A stretch of 64,000 nucleotides of DNA, taken from assembly GCA_964610025.1 (NCBI GenBank), contig CAZSTX010000002.1, forward strand, positions 2,752 through 66,751, given 5' to 3'. Below, one piece after another: positions 1 through 7,641 of the stretch. Within the stretch, counting starts at the first letter, position 1. Each line of letters opens with the position of its first letter. The notes beneath the pieces are model-generated. The model was not told where the DNA came from, ran no database searches, and saw only the letters and a program-made list of their open reading frames with translations. The stretch is from an uncultured Lentimicrobiaceae bacterium. Its GTDB lineage: Bacteria; Bacteroidota; Bacteroidia; Bacteroidales; WCHB1-69. Made by a program: the position numbers and the translations under genes.

Positions 1-2
1 GT

Positions 3-632
3 TTTCGAAAATTAATATATCCTTATATGGAGTCCATGCAATGGTGGCGTTTAGGAATCGACATTGCTTTGGGTATGCGTTGCGATAAAAGAGCAAGCAA
101 TTTTCAATATATGTTTCTTCCTACCGAGTTAATGCTGCAATTAGACACAGTGAAAATGGAAGGAGTAAATTTTGCAAAAGAAAAAAAGATGCTTTTAACA
201 GAATCTAAACCTGCATTGTCGAAAAACATTTCTCCATTGCTTGTTACTTCAATACTTTGTCTTATCATTATTGTATTCACTTTTTTAGAAAACAAAAAGA
301 AATCTTATTTCAAGATAATGGATATTGTTTTATTTTCACTTATAAGCATTGTGTCTTTACTAATTGTTTATTTGTGGTTTTTCTCCAATCACTATGCTAC
401 TAAATATAATTTGAATATACTGTGGGCTAATCCTTTATTTGTTTATTTTCTTTTCCGACTACAACATTCGCATCGTTTGTTGTTGTGGATAGCATTAGCT
501 TGCATTGCATTGCCGTTATTGTTTTTTTGGGTGTTGCCACAAACATTCAATATAGCTACTTTTCCTTTGATGTTATTATTAAGCATAAGGATTATTAACT
601 TAATAAAACAAAACAAGAAGTTAGCAATTTAA
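3..632 (+). CDS. Integral membrane protein, C-terminal part (gene begins upstream of the window); possibly DUF4105/Lnb-like
   Basis: The frame of ORF 27..632 stays open back to base 3, so the ATG at 27 is probably internal. The C-terminal half has 4-5 hydrophobic helices. The family guess is from memory only. Confidence 0.5.
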   Translation, partial: FRKLIYPYMESMQWWRLGIDIALGMRCDKRASNFQYMFLPTELMLQLDTVKMEGVNFAKEKKMLLTESKPALSKNISPLLVTSILCLIIIVFTFLENKKKSYFKIMDIVLFSLISIVSLLIVYLWFFSNHYATKYNLNILWANPLFVYFLFRLQHSHRLLLWIALACIALPLLFFWVLPQTFNIATFPLMLLLSIRIINLIKQNKKLAI

Positions 633-666
633 ATAATTCTCTTTGATAGTTTGTATTGCTTGTTTT

Positions 667-3303
667 TCATTTTAACAACAAATAAACATAAGCAATCGTT
701 TTTCCTAAAAATACATTTAAAAAATGGATGTGTTCTTGCGATAATTGATAAGGTTTAATAGCTTGAAAACGATTCAATTTATTCGTTTTAACGTATTGCA
801 AAAAAGATTTCCCTATTGTTTTTTGATATTTATTAAAAGGTATTTTTTGTGAGACAGCAAGCAACATTATTTCTATTGCTTTATCAAATTCTTTTTCTTG
901 CACATATTTTTCGCAAACATAGGTATAGTAATATATGTTTTTTGCATTAGCTAAAAATTGCTTTTCTTCGACACATTCTAATCCATAATTTTCAATAGCT
1001 TGTGTTATAAAATAATGATAGGCTTCGTTATATAAGCGAAATCCTTCTTCGTATTTTTGCAAAGAAATATCTAACAATGCTTTATCGTAAATTCGTTGAA
1101 AAAAAGCTGGTTTTTCAATATGTTTTAGCAAATTGTTAATACTATCGTCGTAAGATGAAGCAACACATAATACAGGAAATGTTATTATAGATAAAAGGGT
1201 TTTTTCTGCTTTATCATATTCTTTTTGTTTGCACAATTCAGATGCTTTGTTGAACTGGTCTACTTTTTCTCTTTCCATATAGGCACATGCTCTAATTGCT
1301 AAAATAGATTGCGTTTCTTGATACTTTGACCAAATAATGCTATCTGTTGTTACAGACAAAGTTTGCATACTAAGCGTTAATTGTTCGAATAAAGGCAGTG
1401 CTTTTTTATACTCATTGCCCCAGATGTGAGTATTAATGCGTGATATGATAGATAAAATAATAGGTTTGCATTTGATTTCAACAATATTATGCCATTCGTT
1501 ACAGCAGTCAAACTGATAAGATATGTACCATTGCCTGCATAGATTGCAACTATCTAAAAAATGATAGTCAAGTTCAGTTACTTCGGTATTATTCAAATAG
1601 CTGCAGAGTCGATTATATTGAATTTCATAATACAATCGTTCTTTTTCTTCTTCGGTTTCTAATAATGTTATTTTTTCGTCTTGAATATATTGTTGATTTG
1701 CTAAATAAAAATCATCTGTTTCTTTGATTTTTTTTGATAAATTCTTGCTGTTTCTATGTTGTTTTAACTTTTCGATTTCTGTTATTTTTTCTTTGTATAA
1801 ATTAGAATAACAAATTGTATAAATATCTGAAAACATTTGCTTTGGATAATCAAAAGCTAAAGTATCTAATAGATTATTAAATTCTTTAGCATCTATTAAT
1901 GCAAATACACATTGTTTATTAACTATTTTTTTATTAATATAATATGAATAGCTATTCCACAAAAATTTTAGCATATTGTTATATTGTTCGTTAGCTTGTA
2001 AAGTGTCGCCATTTTTTTTTATAACTTTTTCTAATCCTTGTAAATAATTGATAGCTAAATCAAATTTTTTATTATTAATAGCAACACGAATCACATCTAA
2101 ATAAGAATCATAAATTCCTTGTTTTGATTTTTGTTGTAATAGTTTGTAATGAGTATTACAAAAATGAGGAGGCATAAACAAACAATAGTATTCTAATGTA
2201 TCTAAAGTTTTTAAAGCTGAATAGTAATCATTTCGTTCTATTTGCTCTTTTGCTAAATCGTATAATGTTTGATAAATAGAATGAGCTGTGGTATGATTTT
2301 CTATAATTTGATTGCTATCTTGATATAAATTATGGATAAGCGAAATGGCTTTTAAATAATTTTTTTGATGTAAATAATAATTAGACAATGCTACTATTGA
2401 TAGCGAACAGTTAGGATTATAATCAAGCGAGCGTTGATAGTAGTAAATAGCTTTTTCATCATCATTCTGTTGTTTAAACTCTTCTCCTTTGCGATATAGC
2501 ATCTCGTCCATATCGGGCAAGATAGCTGTTAAATATTTTTTTGTATTGTTAATACGATTAAATAATTTTGAGACTTTCATCAAATACGGGCTATTGTCTA
2601 AATTTGAAAGTGCCAATAAATTTTCAAATTGATTATAGACATAATTTGTTGCTTCTTTTTCAACATCTTCTACAGTAAATTTATAGATAGGAAGCATGTC
2701 TACATTCGACAGATTTAATTTGTCTAATGTTTTATTCCATTTATTAAATAAGCTATCATTATGATAATAAGCATCAATTTTTTTTATGCGTAAATAATTA
2801 TTTTCGACCAAGCTATCATCTAAGTAAAATTGAAGATATTCAATGCGATGACTCCAAATAATATTATTTTCTGTCAATGAAATAATCGTATCTAACAAAG
2901 TGTTATTTAACGGAATAGCTTGATTTTGAATTTTTAGATTCAATACATTTTTTTCATTTGCTACTATATTTCCATTGCAAAAAACGCGTTTAGGATAAAA
3001 CAAGTCGGCTAAAGTAAGCTGCCGATAAAACACATCTCCGACAACGCTATCTTCTTGATAAGAAATAAGAACAGTATAAACATTTTCTTTTTTTTGATAA
3101 ATTTTTATTTGAAAAGTATAAAAAATAGAAATAGTGGCATTATCATTAAGTGTAAATGCCTGAAACAATTCGGTGTAATCAGAATTTATTGCCGACAATT
3201 GTTGTACATGCTGAATATTATAAGAATAAACTAAAGATTGTGTGTACCCAATTTTTATTAATCCATTGAACAATAATAAAAAGAATATTATTTTCTTCCA
3301 CAT
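667..3303 (-). CDS. Secreted 878-aa TPR-like repeat protein of unknown function
   Basis: N-terminal signal peptide (MWKKIIFFLLLFNGLIKIGYTQ). Repeated Tyr/Asn/Leu-rich helical segments resemble TPR repeats (e.g. AIYYYQRSLDYNPN..ALSNYYLHQKNYLKAI). No catalytic motif recognised. Last gene of the surE operon. Confidence 0.6.
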   Translation of the reverse strand: MWKKIIFFLLLFNGLIKIGYTQSLVYSYNIQHVQQLSAINSDYTELFQAFTLNDNATISIFYTFQIKIYQKKENVYTVLISYQEDSVVGDVFYRQLTLADLFYPKRVFCNGNIVANEKNVLNLKIQNQAIPLNNTLLDTIISLTENNIIWSHRIEYLQFYLDDSLVENNYLRIKKIDAYYHNDSLFNKWNKTLDKLNLSNVDMLPIYKFTVEDVEKEATNYVYNQFENLLALSNLDNSPYLMKVSKLFNRINNTKKYLTAILPDMDEMLYRKGEEFKQQNDDEKAIYYYQRSLDYNPNCSLSIVALSNYYLHQKNYLKAISLIHNLYQDSNQIIENHTTAHSIYQTLYDLAKEQIERNDYYSALKTLDTLEYYCLFMPPHFCNTHYKLLQQKSKQGIYDSYLDVIRVAINNKKFDLAINYLQGLEKVIKKNGDTLQANEQYNNMLKFLWNSYSYYINKKIVNKQCVFALIDAKEFNNLLDTLAFDYPKQMFSDIYTICYSNLYKEKITEIEKLKQHRNSKNLSKKIKETDDFYLANQQYIQDEKITLLETEEEKERLYYEIQYNRLCSYLNNTEVTELDYHFLDSCNLCRQWYISYQFDCCNEWHNIVEIKCKPIILSIISRINTHIWGNEYKKALPLFEQLTLSMQTLSVTTDSIIWSKYQETQSILAIRACAYMEREKVDQFNKASELCKQKEYDKAEKTLLSIITFPVLCVASSYDDSINNLLKHIEKPAFFQRIYDKALLDISLQKYEEGFRLYNEAYHYFITQAIENYGLECVEEKQFLANAKNIYYYTYVCEKYVQEKEFDKAIEIMLLAVSQKIPFNKYQKTIGKSFLQYVKTNKLNRFQAIKPYQLSQEHIHFLNVFLGKTIAYVYLLLK

Positions 3304-3309
3304 AAAATA

Positions 3310-4191
3310 TTAACTTTCAACAAATTTCATTTTATGTTTCCAACGTTTATGGCTCCACAACCAATAAGCAGGCTCATGTATAATATCTCTTTCTAAAAGT
3401 TGTGCATATTTTTTTGTAATATTACCATAAGCTGTTGCTGTAGGATTATCGGTAATAAGTTCTAATTCCATTTCATAAAAACCTCGTTTTTTTTGTTTTA
3501 CTACATAATATAATACAGGATAATTATATTTTACGGCAAAATATTCGCCGCCATAAATCATATCTGTTGCTTGGTTGAGAAAATTGATTAGAAAAGGCTT
3601 TTTAACATTTCCGGGGGCTTGGTCGCTAAGCATCATATAGGCAATAGGTTCTTTTTGTTTATGGTATTGCTTGAAAACTTCTCTGATTGTATTTGCAAAA
3701 ACAACTTCTGTTCCATATCTTGTTCTGAAAAGATTAATTGTTTTTTCAAAAGATTTATTAGAATTCTCTTTTCCTACTCCTACTCCATGATGTTTAAACT
3801 GCATGCTTAACGACAGCACCAACCATTCCCAATTATTATAATGACTTGACATTAAAATAACGCTTTTTCCTTGATCGAAAAATTGATTTACCAATTCAGG
3901 ATTATGACAAGTGTAATGTTTCATTACTGCTTTTTGCGATAATGTCAACATTTTTACCCCTTCTACCAGTAAATTGCAAAGATGTCTATAATAATCTTTT
4001 TCTATTTGCTGACGTTTTGAAGAAGAAAGTTCAGGAAAAGAATTTAGTAAATTAGTCCGAGTAACCTTAACCCGATAACGTAATAGTTTGTATAAAACAA
4101 AATAAATAATCTTGGCTATTCCATACAAAATTGTCATTGGAAGCAAAGAAAGAGGATACAGCAAACAATAAACCGCTATCTTAGTGAGCAT
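3310..4191 (-). CDS. Lipid A biosynthesis (LpxL/HtrB/MsbB family) lysophospholipid acyltransferase
   Basis: N-terminal TM helix, HX4E acyltransferase motif (SSHYNNWEW), and ~290 aa length typical of late lipid A acyltransferases. The start overlaps the sirtuin gene end by 11 nt. Confidence 0.75.
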   Translation of the reverse strand: MLTKIAVYCLLYPLSLLPMTILYGIAKIIYFVLYKLLRYRVKVTRTNLLNSFPELSSSKRQQIEKDYYRHLCNLLVEGVKMLTLSQKAVMKHYTCHNPELVNQFFDQGKSVILMSSHYNNWEWLVLSLSMQFKHHGVGVGKENSNKSFEKTINLFRTRYGTEVVFANTIREVFKQYHKQKEPIAYMMLSDQAPGNVKKPFLINFLNQATDMIYGGEYFAVKYNYPVLYYVVKQKKRGFYEMELELITDNPTATAYGNITKKYAQLLERDIIHEPAYWLWSHKRWKHKMKFVES

Positions 4192-4891
4192 TTTTAGGAT
4201 TTTCTAATAATCTGTTTACTAATTGCTGAACGCCAACACTTGCTTTTTCTGCAATTCGGATAGTGTTTTTGCTAACATTTGGGGTTTCATTTGCTTTTGG
4301 GTCAATATAATATATTGGGACTCCAGGATTTACATAATATATCAACCCAGCAGCAGGATAAACTGCCATCGAAGTGCCAATAATGATAAAAATATCAGCC
4401 TTTTCAACTAATTTTGCTGCCTCTTCAATCAAAGGGACTGCTTCGCCAAACCATACAATATGAGGTCGCATTTGCTGCCCCCAAGGACAAAGATCGCCCT
4501 TTTTTATGCAATTTTCTTTGCTATCAATTGTTATTATATGATCTGGGTTTACTTGACTTCTTTTTTTTCTCAATTCTCCATGTAAGTGTAAAACATGAGA
4601 CGAGCCTGCCTTTTCGTGTAAATCATCAACATTTTGCGTAATTATTTTCACTTCATAATGCGACTCTAAACGAACAAGGTGACGATGCCCTTCATTAGGA
4701 AGCACACTGTTTAATTGCTGAAGGCGTTCGTTATAAAATCTCAATACCAATTCATAGTCATTTTCCCAAGCCTCAGGAGTTGCCACATCTTCTACGCGAT
4801 AGTTTTCCCATAACCCATCCGAATCGCGAAATGTTTTCACTCCGCTTTCTGCACTTATTCCCGCACCAGTTAATACTACAATTTTTTTCAT
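4181..4891 (-). CDS. cobB: NAD-dependent protein deacylase, Sir2/CobB family
   Basis: GAGISAESG NAD-binding motif, QNVDDLHEKAG, catalytic His in HLHG. The 236 aa length fits a short housekeeping sirtuin. Confidence 0.85.
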   Translation of the reverse strand: MKKIVVLTGAGISAESGVKTFRDSDGLWENYRVEDVATPEAWENDYELVLRFYNERLQQLNSVLPNEGHRHLVRLESHYEVKIITQNVDDLHEKAGSSHVLHLHGELRKKRSQVNPDHIITIDSKENCIKKGDLCPWGQQMRPHIVWFGEAVPLIEEAAKLVEKADIFIIIGTSMAVYPAAGLIYYVNPGVPIYYIDPKANETPNVSKNTIRIAEKASVGVQQLVNRLLENPKNAH

Positions 4892-5179
4892 TTATACTAC
4901 GTTTAAATATATCAAAAAATACACAATAGCAAATATAAAAGTAACTAAAAGAATGCCTCTCCCTGTGCGGTCGTATTTTAACTTTGTTAAATAATAACGA
5001 AGTGTAAATAAATTAGGAAAAATTGAAACCAATAAAATTGTTGACATTTTCACTAAATATTCTTTTCCTTCAGGAGCAAGCAATTTAGATAAGCTAAATA
5101 AAATAGCAAATAAAATAGCAGGAAATACAATTCCTATTATTATCCCTAACCATATACTATCTCTACGAAATTTTTCCAT
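4892..5179 (-). CDS. Small membrane protein (3 predicted TM helices), unknown function
   Basis: 95-aa hydrophobic ORF that abuts cobB with no gap and lies 10 nt downstream of surE. The packing suggests a real gene. Confidence 0.5.
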   Translation of the reverse strand: MEKFRRDSIWLGIIIGIVFPAILFAILFSLSKLLAPEGKEYLVKMSTILLVSIFPNLFTLRYYLTKLKYDRTGRGILLVTFIFAIVYFLIYLNVV

Positions 5180-5189
5180 TGTTATCTTT

Positions 5190-6008
5190 TTATTTAAAAT
5201 TCCATTTTTTCATAATTCCCATATAATCATACGCTGTTAAATCAGGTAAAATAGGCTGTATAGATACATAATTATTTCGCAAAGCCCATTCGTCTGTATC
5301 ATCATTATTATCTGTTTCTACCAAAAATCCACTCAACCAATAATATGGCTTCCCAATAGGGTCGAAACGCTCTTCTAACTCTTCTTTCCAATGATTTAAA
5401 CCCTGACGCGTAATCCGATAACCTTTTATTTCTTCTAAAGGAATATTCGGAATATTGACATTTAAACAAATATTTTCAGACAGTTTATTTTCCAAAGCTG
5501 CTTTTATTATACGATAAGCCACTTCTTTTGCAGCCTCAAAATCAGACGATGACGAATAATCTATCAATGAAAAACCAATAGAAGGAATTTTATTCAAACA
5601 ACCTTCTATAGCAGCAGCTATGGTTCCAGAATAAAATACACTTGAAGATGAATTAGGTCCATGATTAATACCTGCTACCAATAAATCTATTTTTTGGTCT
5701 TTCAACAACACACATTGTGCTAATTTTACAGCATCGACAGGCGTATTGTTAGCTTTATAAATTAAAAAATCTTTTTCGGCATGTATACGATTAAGACGTA
5801 AAGGAGAAGTAAATGTAATTGCATGACTTTTCCCCGATTGCGGTCCACTTGGAGCAACCAATACCACACGCCCAAACTGACGTGCAACATCAGCCAATGC
5901 ACGCACCCCTCTAGCATCAACGCCATCATCGTTAGTAACTAAAATTAAAGGCTTATCTGATTGCTTACTTGGGATACTTTGTTTTTTAATCCCTTCTTTT
6001 TTTGCCAT
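5190..6008 (-). CDS. surE: 5'/3'-nucleotidase SurE
   Basis: LILVTNDDGVDARG motif and SurE-length body. The start was moved to ATG 6008 (MAKKEG...) because the ORF-track TTG start at 6056 lies inside the putative -7 promoter box. Confidence 0.9.
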   Translation of the reverse strand: MAKKEGIKKQSIPSKQSDKPLILVTNDDGVDARGVRALADVARQFGRVVLVAPSGPQSGKSHAITFTSPLRLNRIHAEKDFLIYKANNTPVDAVKLAQCVLLKDQKIDLLVAGINHGPNSSSSVFYSGTIAAAIEGCLNKIPSIGFSLIDYSSSSDFEAAKEVAYRIIKAALENKLSENICLNVNIPNIPLEEIKGYRITRQGLNHWKEELEERFDPIGKPYYWLSGFLVETDNNDDTDEWALRNNYVSIQPILPDLTAYDYMGIMKKWNFK

Positions 6009-6053
6009 TATTATTTTAATAATTAAATGTATATACTTTAAAATTATTCTATG

Positions 6054-6061
6054 CAAATGTA
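6054..6061 (-). promoter_or_regulatory. Putative sigma-A -7 box (TACATTTG) for the surE operon
   Basis: Minus-strand TACATTTG matches the Bacteroidota -7 consensus TAnnTTTG, 45 nt upstream of ATG 6008. Confidence 0.45.
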
Positions 6062-6373
6062 TGAAAAATTATTGAACAATATGTACATAATAAGAAGATA
6101 TTATATTTATTAAAAATTCAAAACACTCAAAAAAAACATCAACATAAGAACACAACGCTGAATATCAACTGCTAACAAGTATATTTTTATATCTAAAAAT
6201 TTCAAAGAAAAAATTCAACCCAATTTTATGTTTATTTTGTCTAACTATTGCAACAACAAAAGTTGCAATATAATCATTCCCAATAAAAAAACTAACAAAA
6301 TGCAACAATAATTACTAAAAAAAAGAGTAACTAAAAAAATATTTGCAAAAAAAATTATACTATTAAAATAATG

Positions 6374-6892
6374 TTTTTCTAAAAACTCACTAATTATTTG
6401 ATTATTAAGAGCAGAATGCCTTCTTTTTTGGTTATACTATATCTCTATATGCTCAAATAAAATTGTTTTCATTCATTCTTTTATGATTAATTTATTACCA
6501 TAAATGAGTTCTGTTTTAAGTGTTTTGAAAAAAGATTCAGCACAGGCATTGTCCCAGCAATTACCTTTTCTGCTCATACTTTGAATAATTTTGTAAGGAG
6601 ATAAGAGATTAATGAATGCTTGACTTGCGTATTGTACCCCTCTATCAGAATGAAATATAAGTCCTTTATTGAGGAATCTGTTTTTAACAGCCATATTAAA
6701 AGCAGGAATAACAGTTTCTTCTGTTGTTATACCATTACTATTAGCCCAACCAATTACTTTTCTATCAAATAAATCCATTACAATTGTATGATATATAAAG
6801 CCTTCTGAAGTTTGAATATAGGTAATATCAGAAACCCAAACTCTTGACGGTTCTTTAACATTAAATTGTCTATCAAGCAAATTATCAAACAC
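6374..6892 (-). pseudogene. IS3-family transposase orfB (rve integrase core) fragment, 5'-truncated with in-frame stops
   Basis: Reads NLLDRQFNVKEPSRVWVSDITYI...HSDRGVQYAS...GNCWDNACAESFF (DDE/rve core). Past the stop at 6473 the same frame continues as EHIEI*YNQKRRHSALNNQIISEF, which is the IS3 C-terminal signature. orfA and the N-terminal third of orfB are absent. Confidence 0.8.
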
Positions 6893-6919
6893 TTTTTCCT
6901 GATTTTGTCATTGCGTACC

Positions 6920-7377
6920 CTAAAATTCTTCTTCAAATAATGATTCAATAATTTTATGTCTTTTCATGAGCATTGTTTTTGGAATTATTTTTTTATTTAA
7001 TGGCAATCGCACTTGTATTGTAGTAACAGAAGCAGTCATGTTCAGCACTTTATTGACACTAAGTTTGACCCCAGCTTGTTTGAGTCTTCTTTTCAATTCT
7101 TTGTAAACTTTCAAAGCAACAAAACAAATGCAAACATGAGCTTCAATATGCTTTTTTGTAAAATTGGAACATAGTCGAAGTTTCAGAACTCATTTGGGAA
7201 CTCTAAAAACACACTTAATTTGCCATAATTCGCTATATTACTTGTAAATTTGTTCGTCAATTCTGGCTGCATCAGAACTTATACCGATTGTTTTAAGGTA
7301 ACAGGCCTTCCCTTTGCGTTTTTCTATTGTAACGACACTCGTGCTTTCTGATCTATTTGTTTTTTTCGTACAAACAT
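6920..7377 (-). pseudogene. IS1634/IS4-like DDE transposase collapsed to its N- and C-terminal ends (internal deletion, frameshift, in-frame stops)
   Basis: ATG at 7377 gives MFVRKK, then an A7 run shifts the frame to ...KKTNRSESTSVVTIEKRKGKACYLKTIGISSDAARIDEQIYK*. In the same frame it continues YSELWQIKCVFRVPK*VLKLRLCSNFTKKHIEAHVCICFVALKVYKELKRRLK..., which resembles the conserved C-terminus of this family. About 400 aa of the middle are missing. Confidence 0.7.
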
Positions 7378-7641
7378 ACTGCAAAAATAGAAAATTTTTA
7401 ATGCGACACCAAAAAACATGTTTTATTAGTCGCAAAATCTGATTATTAAGTAAATAAAAAATATCGAAAAAAAAATGATAAAGCCAGGAAGAAGCAGGCT
7501 TCCAAAAATTAGAAAACTAAAAAAAGCTGAATTTCTTAGTTATGAACTAAATGGTGATGAAATGCCTATTACTAATCCTGCAGAACATAAAACAAAACTC
7601 GATAAGTTATTTAAAAAATCGAATTTTTGTCAGGAAGCAAA

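Larger units (their letters stand above)
6374..7377 (-). mobile_element. Composite graveyard of two decayed insertion sequences (IS3-family fragment abutting an internally deleted IS1634/IS4-like element)
   Basis: See the two pseudogene entries. No intact transposase and no identifiable terminal inverted repeats. The element ends are not determined. Confidence 0.7.

Noticed and set aside
4181-4891. Sir2-domain protein as a possible anti-phage defence effector (Thoeris/DSR-like)
   Set aside because: It is a compact 236-aa CobB-type sirtuin with intact deacylase motifs. It sits in a housekeeping operon with no partner sensor domains or neighbouring defence genes.
6057-6373. AT-rich 317-bp stretch with an 8-bp hairpin (ATTGCAAC...GTTGCAAT, about 6248-6270) as a possible small RNA or IS terminal repeat
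   Set aside because: No promoter-terminator pair, no conserved structure I can recognise, and the stem is short enough to arise by chance in AT-rich sequence. It is probably degraded IS3 3' flank.
7238-7435. 65-aa ORF (and the 64-aa ORF at 6920..7114) as independent small genes
   Set aside because: Both are pieces of a single decayed IS1634/IS4-like transposase reading frame. The apparent N-terminal residues of the 65-aa ORF are translated from the former 5' untranslated part of the element.
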